From IMG/VR virus record IMGVR_UViG_3300043773_000921, positions 1 through 64,000 of that record: 64,000 nucleotides of DNA; one strand, written 5' to 3'. Positions 30,089 to 37,766 of the stretch are shown here, one piece after another. The translations under genes and the position numbers were made by a program. Within the stretch, counting starts at the first letter, position 1. The number at the start of each line of letters is the position of its first letter. The notes under the pieces are model-generated. The model searched no databases. It worked only from the letters and a program-made list of their open reading frames with translations, and was not told the DNA's origin. The stretch is from a virus.

Positions 30089-30421
30089 CTACCATCTTAA
30101 CAAGTCATCTTTCAAATCCTCTATCTCCTTAATGTCATCTAAAATAACATCATGTAAACTATCAATCTGCTTCTGGTTCATCTTACGAATCTCTGTCAGT
30201 TCCTCTATCTTCCGATAACTACTCTCAATACTCTTAACCAACATGCTATCCCTCATCCTAACCTCAGTATTTAACACAAGCAAATCAGTGTTAATCTTGT
30301 CGATTTTATCCTGTAACTGATCATTCCTTACAATGCTATATCTAGTAAAGGCTATCTGCAACATCATAAAAAATAAACTAACAGCAGTAATGCCGCCATA
30401 AACAAGCATAGACCTATTCAT
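30089..30421 (-). CDS. N-terminal TM + coiled-coil protein (i-spanin-like candidate)
   Basis: LVYGGITAVSLFFMMLQIAF followed by a coiled coil. Start reassigned to ATG 30421. Confidence 0.5.
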   Translation of the reverse strand: MNRSMLVYGGITAVSLFFMMLQIAFTRYSIVRNDQLQDKIDKINTDLLVLNTEVRMRDSMLVKSIESSYRKIEELTEIRKMNQKQIDSLHDVILDDIKEIEDLKDDLLRW

Positions 30422-30716
30422 TACAAGCCCCTCCCCTCTGACTACCAACAATCACTTCCTCATAAGACACCCCCGGCTCATTATAAACATAATGATTACT
30501 GACATTCTCAACAACAGACTTACAATAAAGCAAGTAATCTACAACCAATGCAGCAAACTTCTCATAGCGACCATCAGCACTACTACTCAACTCCCTCCAG
30601 CCATCATAACTCCTGCCCATACAATGAGCATCCTCCCAACCAATCCACCACATACGCTCCTCATGGTCATCAACATTAACACCCCGCCATTCTAAATATT
30701 CCAATATAGACATCAT
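30414..30716 (-). CDS. Hypothetical protein
   Basis: 100 aa ORF in operon. Confidence 0.55.
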   Translation of the reverse strand: MMSILEYLEWRGVNVDDHEERMWWIGWEDAHCMGRSYDGWRELSSSADGRYEKFAALVVDYLLYCKSVVENVSNHYVYNEPGVSYEEVIVGSQRGGACNE

Positions 30717-30720
30717 AATC

Positions 30721-31227
30721 CTACTTCTTTAACTTGTTAACAATCAATTCTACCAACTCTGCCTTACTTAACCTACCATCGCCATCATCACCCAACAACT
30801 CCAGCAACTCAGCCTTCTTCATCTTACTATAATCAGGCTCTTTCAACACACCAATACTCTCACTCGGAGCAGCACCAGCCTCATCCGCCTCAACAACCTC
30901 ATCCCCAATAACCGGTGCAACATACTTATACCCCCCTATCTTCGGTACAACAAACAACTTAATATCAATACTATCATCATACCTCAAACTCATAGACTGA
31001 CTAGTATGACTAACAACAAAATCATACACACTCTCACTAGGAATACCAGGGCCATCAACAACCATCTTCCCATTAACCTCATAACAGTTCCACCCATCTA
31101 CACCCAACAATCTTCCAACCTCCTCAACTACCCCCGGTACCCGACAATCTTTAGTCGTAACCAAAGTACCCAACTTTACATGACCACCAGCAGCAGTCTT
31201 TACATAATAATTTATCCTTGTCTGCAT
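30721..31227 (-). CDS. Hypothetical protein with C-terminal Rho-N/HeH-like helical domain
   Basis: DYSKMKKAELLELL...LSKAELVELI. First gene of the left arm. Confidence 0.6.
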   Translation of the reverse strand: MQTRINYYVKTAAGGHVKLGTLVTTKDCRVPGVVEEVGRLLGVDGWNCYEVNGKMVVDGPGIPSESVYDFVVSHTSQSMSLRYDDSIDIKLFVVPKIGGYKYVAPVIGDEVVEADEAGAAPSESIGVLKEPDYSKMKKAELLELLGDDGDGRLSKAELVELIVNKLKK

Positions 31228-31260
31228 AATAATATAGTTTTAATAGTGAACGAATAATGG

Positions 31261-31292
31261 CACAATATACACAGATAGTACGTTTTATGCAA
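31261..31292 (-). promoter_or_regulatory. Host sigma70-type promoter driving the left arm
   Basis: Minus strand TTGCAT-17 nt-TATATT(GTG), ending about 35 nt upstream of ATG 31227. Confidence 0.55.
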
Positions 31293-31387
31293 GTTTTTGG
31301 TAGGGGAAAAAGAAAAAAGACGGGAGGGCACTTAATGTATCGTACCCCCGCGTTAAATCATTATCTAACTTTTTAATTTCATGTATT

Positions 31388-31765
31388 ATGAGCAAAGTTT
31401 CATTGGGAAAAGTAAGTGAAATCATTGAAAGAGGTGAGAAAAACTCTCCACTTTTCATGAAAGAAGGAGAACATCTTGTTAAATTGTTGGGAAAAGGCAC
31501 TTGGGGGCAGAAAGCTTCGCAGTGTATCTTGACTGATAAGGGTACCATTGGTGCCTATCAGTTGATAGACCAAATGAGAAAGGATGGTATCCTGGAAGAT
31601 TTCCTGGACGAAGCAGAGTTTGTGTTTGAAACTGGTGAAGAGTTATTCGTCACCATAAATGCAAAAGCTGTAGTAGAAACTCGACTTCCTGACGAAGAAG
31701 AAGAGGAGGAAGAAGACGAAGAAGAAGTCGTCGTCGTCAAGAAGAAAACTTCTACAAAGAAGTAA
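31388..31765 (+). CDS. Small acidic protein with poly-Glu tract and Lys tail, first gene of the plus arm
   Basis: 125 aa ending DEEEEEEEDEEEVVVVKKKTSTKK, followed by a strong terminator. Confidence 0.75.
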   Translation: MSKVSLGKVSEIIERGEKNSPLFMKEGEHLVKLLGKGTWGQKASQCILTDKGTIGAYQLIDQMRKDGILEDFLDEAEFVFETGEELFVTINAKAVVETRLPDEEEEEEEDEEEVVVVKKKTSTKK

Positions 31766-31772
31766 GAAAGAT

Positions 31773-31801
31773 CCCTGCGCCTTCGGGCGTGGGGTTTTTT
31801 T
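31773..31801 (+). terminator. Rho-independent terminator
   Basis: CCCTGCGCC-TTCG-GGCGTGGGG followed by T7, with a cUUCGg tetraloop. Confidence 0.9.
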
Positions 31802-31887
31802 CAGATGTGCCTACTACTGTTAGTAAGAGGCACAACTATTAGATAATGATTTACATATAGCGTTGACTGTCAGACTGTTAGTGCTAT

Positions 31888-31903
31888 TGTTCCACGTGGA
31901 ACA
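31888..31903. promoter_or_regulatory. parS: parS centromere-like site (perfect 16-bp palindrome)
   Basis: TGTTCCACGTGGAACA, intergenic, matches the chromosomal parS consensus TGTTNCACGTGNAACA. Confidence 0.85.
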
Positions 31904-32060
31904 TGATAGAGGAAAGGTGTGAGTGGCTACCATCTGCTGCGCATTACTCTACTCTACATCACATCGCACAACTCTATTAGTGTTATACATACTGATACTG
32001 TGAGTGATTGCGTGGGTTTTATTATAGGTGAGATTATTAACAATCAAATATATTATTATT

Positions 32061-32354
32061 ATGGAGAGTACATTCAGTGTATATCAAGTCAGGACATATA
32101 ACTATAATAGCAGAGAGCATAGCTTAGATCTTTCTTACAGCACATTAGACAAAGCCAAAGAAAGATTATTTGAATACTGTGAGAGTAAAAATACTCACAC
32201 GGAAACTGTTGACCTGGAAGGTAGGTGTGAAACATATCCTCATAATGAGGATGTTGATAACTGGATAAGTAGAGGAAAAGCGTCAATATATTATTTTTCT
32301 AAATATGGAAACTACAAATGTGTAGTTTACGTACAGGAAATATTTGTGTATTGA
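32061..32354 (+). CDS. Hypothetical early protein
   Basis: ORF with an AT-rich leader. YSTLDKAKE is a common phage small-protein motif. Start reassigned to ATG 32061. Confidence 0.65.
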   Translation: MESTFSVYQVRTYNYNSREHSLDLSYSTLDKAKERLFEYCESKNTHTETVDLEGRCETYPHNEDVDNWISRGKASIYYFSKYGNYKCVVYVQEIFVY

Positions 32355-32361
32355 TTTCATT

Positions 32362-32430
32362 GCGGGCATGCTATTGTAGTGTGCCTGCTTATTATATTTA
32401 TTTACTGCCTCCGATATAATGTTGTAGGCA
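32362..32430 (+). promoter_or_regulatory. Two tandem intergenic hairpins (TGCCT/AGGCA family)
   Basis: GCGGGCATGCTA-TTG-TAGTGTGCCTGC and TGCCTCCGATA-TAA-TGTTGTAGGCA-TTT. Confidence 0.5.
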
Positions 32431-32458
32431 TTTCTTTAACACTTAAAAAACTTTACTA

Positions 32459-32707
32459 ATGAAAAACTTGTCAAAAAAACATTTGCTTCGCTGGCTTATG
32501 GATCAGCAGCACAAGTTCACTCAAGGCAATAACCTCGAGGAGACAGAACTTATTGTAGGATACTTTAACGGTGTATTGAGTGCAGAGTTTATATGCCGTA
32601 ATGGCTATGGCTCTGTATGGAGTACTAACAGATATTTGTCTGTTAAGTGTCCGAAATGTTTTACTCATTTGTTTGCGGACAATAGTCCAATAACATTTGA
32701 TTTATAA
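32459..32707 (+). CDS. Hypothetical early protein (CxxC)
   Basis: 82 aa ORF. Confidence 0.6.
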   Translation: MKNLSKKHLLRWLMDQQHKFTQGNNLEETELIVGYFNGVLSAEFICRNGYGSVWSTNRYLSVKCPKCFTHLFADNSPITFDL

Positions 32708-32716
32708 GATTTACAA

Positions 32717-32970
32717 CCTGAGTTTACAGGTGCGAGGATAGTATGTACTATCCGTTATTAACAATTATTTATAACCATTAAATGTAATCCCGTAAGATTA
32801 CAACTACTATGAGCTTTTAAGCAAAAGTAAAGTGCCTTTTAGTACGTTGAGTTCCTTAAGTCCTAGGCAAGGTCTATTCGATATTGAATAGTAGGGTAAG
32901 ACTCAACCAGGTATTCTCATTATCTGCCACAAAACAAGTTCCTAATCCTATAAGAGAAATGGATGGGAAC
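32717..32970 (+). ncRNA. Candidate structured non-coding RNA or cis element
   Basis: ORF-free gap with several stems: GGATAGTA/TACTATCC, TGTAATC/GATTACA, nested GTTGAGT/ACTCAAC and GTTCC/GGAAC. Confidence 0.35.
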
Positions 32971-33049
32971 ATTTTAAAACAAATATTATTATAAAACAAG
33001 TATGCGTGTAGAGCTCGAGCACGTGTAAGGATGACAAGAGTATATAGTT

Positions 33050-33289
33050 ATGTGGGTAACACAAAATCAAATGGATGATACTACATTGAACAAAATGTTT
33101 AGTCGTTGGAATCAAGCATTAGCTAATGGAGAGATAACTGACATTGATAATACTACAGAAATGTGGTATGGTGAGTTAGTTATGACACACGAAGATGGTA
33201 TAGATTATATAACAGCACCTATACAGAAATATGATAAAGAAGGGTATATAGATTTTGTTGTTAATGTTTCAATACCATTTGAAATATGA
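33050..33289 (+). CDS. Hypothetical acidic early protein
   Basis: 79 aa ORF. Confidence 0.6.
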   Translation: MWVTQNQMDDTTLNKMFSRWNQALANGEITDIDNTTEMWYGELVMTHEDGIDYITAPIQKYDKEGYIDFVVNVSIPFEI

Positions 33290-33432
33290 AGCAGTTTATT
33301 TCTAACAACTGGGGGATGCTTATGACATTAGTGTTATCAGTGTTCCTCTATTATTACTGGACTCAACTGCCTACATTAGTAGGTTTTGTACTTGGGTTCT
33401 TCGCATGCATTGGTCCGGCATGCAAGAACTAG
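33286..33432 (+). CDS. Small membrane protein (48 aa, below the ORF-track cutoff)
   Basis: ATGA overlap with the upstream stop. MKQFISNNWGMLMTLVLSVFLYYYWTQLPTLVGFVLGFFACIGPACKN. Confidence 0.6.
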   Translation: MKQFISNNWGMLMTLVLSVFLYYYWTQLPTLVGFVLGFFACIGPACKN

Positions 33433-33971
33433 ACGATATAATAAAGAAATGCTCTACATTATTCTTGGCTAGTGATGTGGAGCTATCTTTGTTGTTATTG
33501 CAATCGATTATTGATAGTAGCGATAGAAAGATACTGTATGAGTATGCTGTTACATCATACTTAAGTTTCATAGCTGATGAGTTGGTATCTCATGCAATTA
33601 AATGTAGTGAGATAACATCTGATGATGAGTATAGTCTTGAATATTTTAATGGTGATATCAAACATTTTGTTTATGATTGTATTCACTACGATATTAAAGA
33701 TGACTATGACTACTCTACAGATTTTGAAAGTGGAAGTAGAATAATAATACATGAGCGTATGTCAGTTGTACTTACCATCTGGTTTAACTCATCTTACAGA
33801 TTATTATTTTCACTTGATATAGTAAGAAGCTATGACAAATATAGGTCTGATTTGAACTTACATCAATGTTGTTATGAGATCCAAGATGGAGATATAACGA
33901 CATCAGTTACTGGCGATACGTTTATTCAAAACATTCTTTTATTTTTAAAACAAAGTTATGTTAGACATTAG
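33420..33971 (+). CDS. Hypothetical protein
   Basis: ORF with likely start MQELDD at 33420. Confidence 0.6.
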   Translation: MQELDDIIKKCSTLFLASDVELSLLLLQSIIDSSDRKILYEYAVTSYLSFIADELVSHAIKCSEITSDDEYSLEYFNGDIKHFVYDCIHYDIKDDYDYSTDFESGSRIIIHERMSVVLTIWFNSSYRLLFSLDIVRSYDKYRSDLNLHQCCYEIQDGDITTSVTGDTFIQNILLFLKQSYVRH

Positions 33972-34575
33972 TATGATTGTTGAACTTATGTTTTCTTATG
34001 ATGACAACAAAAAAGGATATGCTGAGATGCTGGCAAAAGAGCAGTTTGGTTATGAAGAAGGCACCAACAAAGGTGATTTTAATTATGACTTAACTAAATC
34101 ATTTGCTATCAAGATCATGGAGCATATGTTTGATTTATACAGCAAAGAAATACTTGTATCTTTTTATTCACTTGAAGAGTTATATAGAGATAACAGAGAG
34201 AGTGTTTTTAACTGCCCAGGTTTTCTATGCACAGCTAAACCAATAGAAAGAGGTTACACTAAATCTTTTGATGGTAGCACTGAAAAGATTGACATTAAGT
34301 TTAAAGTAAGCAAGTTTGTTAATGTATCACATTTACTTGTTGATAACATATATGAACATATGTTTAGCTTTAACTTAGTTGTTAAGAAACACACATTGTC
34401 TAATTTTATTTGTTGTGAAGCTTCTATTCCAAATCATTGGAGTGATGTTCACAACGATGAGTTGACATACAGTATAGATGACTTAAGCTACTCTAGAGGT
34501 ACATATATGATGACCTTTAAAAACAAGTACGACGTAATGGAAAAATTATTTAAGCACTTTTTAATAAATAAATAA
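33958..34575 (+). CDS. Hypothetical protein
   Basis: 205 aa ORF overlapping the upstream stop. Confidence 0.65.
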   Translation: MLDISMIVELMFSYDDNKKGYAEMLAKEQFGYEEGTNKGDFNYDLTKSFAIKIMEHMFDLYSKEILVSFYSLEELYRDNRESVFNCPGFLCTAKPIERGYTKSFDGSTEKIDIKFKVSKFVNVSHLLVDNIYEHMFSFNLVVKKHTLSNFICCEASIPNHWSDVHNDELTYSIDDLSYSRGTYMMTFKNKYDVMEKLFKHFLINK

Positions 34576-34773
34576 ATGAAAACAGAACTATTAGTAAAAA
34601 TATTCATGACTATTATGGGTATGTTCTTTGGCTATATATCATTCGTTTTTGCCACAAAATTACATGAAACTACTATCTATGTAAACTTTATAACAAAAGT
34701 ATTAGTGTTTGTTGGTTTACTTATCATGATGACATTGTGTTTTTGTGTTTCTCATCTTTATAAAGAAGATTAA
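34576..34773 (+). CDS. Small two-TM membrane protein
   Basis: 65 aa with two hydrophobic helices. Confidence 0.6.
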   Translation: MKTELLVKIFMTIMGMFFGYISFVFATKLHETTIYVNFITKVLVFVGLLIMMTLCFCVSHLYKED

Positions 34774-34775
34774 CT

Positions 34776-35117
34776 ATGAGAGCAATATTTATTGATAGTA
34801 ATGACAGAAATGTCTATGAAGCTAGAATTAAAGGCAATGACTTTCGTGAGATTTGCAGTCTTATAGGCTGTAATATTATAACTGGAGGCTATAGCTTTGA
34901 AAATGGCGACTACATGTATGTTGATGATGAAGCAATTTTTACAACAAATAGAAATGGTTTTATCATTAGTGTACCAGGTAATAGCTGGGGTGCACAACAG
35001 CTGATTGGCAATGCTCTTATCATCGGCAGTAGTAAAGACGATGATGGCAGTGATGCTGATGCAGTGAGTAGTATTGAAGAGATTAAAAATCTTATTTCAT
35101 TTAAAACATTTATCTAA
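34776..35117 (+). CDS. DUF3846-like protein (early gene common in phages and ICEs)
   Basis: EI.SLIGC...MYVDDEA...LIGNALIIG pattern. Confidence 0.6.
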   Translation: MRAIFIDSNDRNVYEARIKGNDFREICSLIGCNIITGGYSFENGDYMYVDDEAIFTTNRNGFIISVPGNSWGAQQLIGNALIIGSSKDDDGSDADAVSSIEEIKNLISFKTFI

Positions 35118-35118
35118 C

Positions 35119-35520
35119 ATGAAAAAGTTATTAGTTTTATTATTCGTAACGTCTTTTGCATTTGGTCAAGCAGAGGATCCGGAACAGTTTGACCAACAGA
35201 TAAGATATAGCAGTCTTGCTGATTTGTGTGACTGCACATCTTATGCTGAGGCATTGTCTACGTTGTATGATGTAAGGCCTAGCGATGTATTAAATGATAT
35301 GAAAAACTATGTCAATGATTACATCATTACATTTCAGCTAGCTGGTTATTCTTACGAACCAGATGAAGATGTATTAAATAAAAAAGTATACTTTAACAAG
35401 TCAGGTTATGTTATACCATACGATTGCGTGTTAAACATAATCAATGGTAACAAAACTGATGTAAAGATAATGCGTGATGATGAGTACCAGCGTGTACACC
35501 ATTACGATATTAAGGATTAG
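35119..35520 (+). CDS. Secreted protein with signal peptide
   Basis: MKKLLVLLFVTSFAFGQ is a Bacteroidota-style SPI signal with Q at +1. Start reassigned to 35119. Confidence 0.65.
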   Translation: MKKLLVLLFVTSFAFGQAEDPEQFDQQIRYSSLADLCDCTSYAEALSTLYDVRPSDVLNDMKNYVNDYIITFQLAGYSYEPDEDVLNKKVYFNKSGYVIPYDCVLNIINGNKTDVKIMRDDEYQRVHHYDIKD

Positions 35521-35542
35521 ACTAGTGTTTTATTAAGTGTTG

Positions 35543-35568
35543 GGGCAGCTGTGGTGGCTGCCCTTTTT
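35543..35568 (+). terminator. Rho-independent terminator
   Basis: GGGCAGCT-GTGGT-GGCTGCCC followed by T5. Confidence 0.7.
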
Positions 35569-35592
35569 ATTTCATCATTAAAATTCTTCATC

Positions 35593-36192
35593 GTGAACGA
35601 TATTAAAGAAACAATCGATAAGTTCTCAGCTCAGCTTATCGAGGCTAAAGAAACCTTCGAAGGTGAGCTGGCTACTAAAGAAGAGAAGCAAGTTATTGTT
35701 GATGCATGCTCTGCTATCGTTCGTAAGTTTGCCGGCTTGCAAGCAAAGCATAGGAACTTTTTCCATTACAAATGGGACTATGAGTACCAAGGAAGACAGT
35801 TTGGCTTTAGCTATCTATCTCATTATATTTCTGCACTGTTCGTTGAACTAGCACGTAAGAGATATGAACCCATCAGTAAAAAGAATATGAGCGCTGTGAT
35901 GACTATAGCACATAGTTATAAGCGTAATGGTAAAGAGCTTAGTGCTGCTATGACCAAAGCATATACTGTTGTAGATAGAACAGGTTCGTTGAAAACAGAA
36001 AGCATCCAGGAAGAATGCAATGTTATAAGTAACAGTTGTATATTAGGCCTCTGGAATACAAAGATGCCATCATATCCTTCATTAAACAAAGGATTAAATG
36101 GATTAGATGACAACGCTAGACCCAAAGCTAAAGCTGTTATGCTTGTAGCTGATATATTGGGACCTCTATGCGCAATGATTGGTTACAGATAA
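35593..36192 (+). CDS. Hypothetical protein
   Basis: Likely GTG start after the terminator. Confidence 0.65.
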   Translation: MNDIKETIDKFSAQLIEAKETFEGELATKEEKQVIVDACSAIVRKFAGLQAKHRNFFHYKWDYEYQGRQFGFSYLSHYISALFVELARKRYEPISKKNMSAVMTIAHSYKRNGKELSAAMTKAYTVVDRTGSLKTESIQEECNVISNSCILGLWNTKMPSYPSLNKGLNGLDDNARPKAKAVMLVADILGPLCAMIGYR

Positions 36193-36401
36193 TGGACAAA
36201 AGAACAGTAACAATGTTTGCAGATAATATGATTAAACAATATCCTGAATTATTTAATGATATTATAGATTTCATTTATCTTGCAATAGATGAAATAGATG
36301 AAGGCGGATCTCCTACGCATGAGTGGGAGCTTGCTTATAACTCTATTGATGAACTAGTTCAAGAACATATTAAAAACAAACAAAATGAAAGTATTAATTA
36401 G
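36192..36401 (+). CDS. Small acidic hypothetical protein
   Basis: TAATG coupling. LAIDEIDEGGS..HE..L motif. Confidence 0.65.
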   Translation: MDKRTVTMFADNMIKQYPELFNDIIDFIYLAIDEIDEGGSPTHEWELAYNSIDELVQEHIKNKQNESIN

Positions 36402-36873
36402 TATTTTTATGCTTATGTCGGCATCATTATTTGCACAAGATTGCGATATGCTAGATGTCCATTACGATAAGATGGATGACAAAAAGACAAAAACTATTAA
36501 GAAACGCATTGCAGTATCTGAATCCGGTGATAAAGGGTTTATAATAGACTTTTTAAAACCTAGTGTTATTATTTGGAGTATTGATGTTATAGGCGGGCCG
36601 AGTAAATGCATAGAGAAAGGTGCAAAGTTACAGGTATTGTTTGATGATGACACAAGACTTACCATGACCAATAACAATGATTTTAACTGCAAAGGTAGCT
36701 TTGTTATTTATTTTGGTGCTAACTTTGGCAATGAATACAATCTTATTCAGTTTAGAACTAAAAAGATAATAACCATGCGTGTGTACACAAGCAGTGGTTA
36801 CCACGAAGAAGATCTAAGCGATGAAGTTGCTACAAAGCTGATGAACACGTTTGATTGCATCAGCAAGAACTAA
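36385..36873 (+). CDS. Secreted/periplasmic protein with signal peptide
   Basis: MKVLISIFMLMSASLFAQ signal with Q at +1. Four Cys that could form disulfides. Confidence 0.7.
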   Translation: MKVLISIFMLMSASLFAQDCDMLDVHYDKMDDKKTKTIKKRIAVSESGDKGFIIDFLKPSVIIWSIDVIGGPSKCIEKGAKLQVLFDDDTRLTMTNNNDFNCKGSFVIYFGANFGNEYNLIQFRTKKIITMRVYTSSGYHEEDLSDEVATKLMNTFDCISKN

Positions 36874-36888
36874 ATTATTTTATAACCT

Positions 36889-36919
36889 ATGCCTGTAGAT
36901 CTAACGAGTCTGCAGGCAT
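36889..36919 (+). promoter_or_regulatory. Intergenic TGCCT/AGGCA-family hairpin
   Basis: ATGCCTGTAGA...TCTGCAGGCAT followed by TTT. Confidence 0.55.
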
Positions 36920-36940
36920 TTTCATTAACAATAATCAATT

Positions 36941-37282
36941 ATGGAAAAGTTTAAAGCATCGGAATTATCTGAAAGAAACTACAGAGAGGGCGATCGAGTC
37001 TTTTTGTCCTTTGAAATTAAAAGCCTTAAGATGAGTACAGATGATGAACTCTGGCTACATTCAAGTGATAACAATAACAATGTCTGGCTTAAACAGGATG
37101 CTGTTGTTTATGGTGTGCCATACAGATATCGTGATGGTGACATCGTTAATTACAATGGTAGACTTAGTAAAATTGTTAGCGGATTTAACGATGACTGGCA
37201 TGTTTTGACTTCAGATGGAACTATGTTTGATTTGAATCCAGCATTAATTAACACAGTAATCACAGAAAACAACGTACTGTAA
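36941..37282 (+). CDS. Hypothetical protein (tandem SH3/KOW-like repeats)
   Basis: YREGDRV and YRDGDIV repeats. Confidence 0.55.
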   Translation: MEKFKASELSERNYREGDRVFLSFEIKSLKMSTDDELWLHSSDNNNNVWLKQDAVVYGVPYRYRDGDIVNYNGRLSKIVSGFNDDWHVLTSDGTMFDLNPALINTVITENNVL

Positions 37283-37764
37283 TGGCAAAGAATCTTTTTA
37301 ATATCAACGAAGAAATGTTCCGATTGCATCAGCAGATCGAAGAAAATGGTGGTGATTTAACACCAGAACTTGAAGAACAACTAACAATAACTGAACATGA
37401 CAGAGAAAGTAAATGTGAGGGATATGTTAGCGTCATTAGACAGCTTAAGTCAAAGTCTGAGCTCCTTAAAAGCGAAGCAAAACGACTTCTTGATGCAGCT
37501 AGAACATATGACAAGTCAGTTGAACGACTTGAAGATAACTTACTATCATCTATTGTTCAGCTTGGAAACATTAAGACAAACTTCGTCAGCATCTCAACAA
37601 GAAGAAACAAATCCGTAGAGATTGCAGATGATGTTGAAATACCGCTGCAGTACCAACGTGTAAAAATCGAAGCAAACAAAACTGCTATTAAAGAGGCCAT
37701 AGAATCAGGCATTGATGTCCCTGGCGCTACAATAGTAGAGAAGTTTTCATTACTAATCAGATAA
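37282..37764 (+). CDS. Siphovirus Gp157-family protein
   Basis: NLFNI, coiled-coil body, SVEI, NKTAIKEAIESGIDVPGATIV...LLIR signature. Confidence 0.85.
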   Translation: MAKNLFNINEEMFRLHQQIEENGGDLTPELEEQLTITEHDRESKCEGYVSVIRQLKSKSELLKSEAKRLLDAARTYDKSVERLEDNLLSSIVQLGNIKTNFVSISTRRNKSVEIADDVEIPLQYQRVKIEANKTAIKEAIESGIDVPGATIVEKFSLLIR

Positions 37765-37766
37765 CA

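Noticed and set aside
2119-31257. Plus-strand ORFs opposite the structural genes, and likewise minus-strand ORFs within 31.3-50 kb and plus-strand ORFs within 51.5-62.4 kb
   Set aside because: Antisense shadows of well-supported genes, with no motifs or translational coupling.
31867-31873. CTGTCAG as the antisense target of the 49.6-kb RNA element
   Set aside because: A 7-mer match is expected several times by chance in 64 kb.
31800-33050. tRNA genes or a CRISPR mini-array in the intergenic gaps
   Set aside because: No cloverleaf with a TTCGA T-loop in the proper context, and no regularly spaced identical repeats. The hairpins share only their stem bases.
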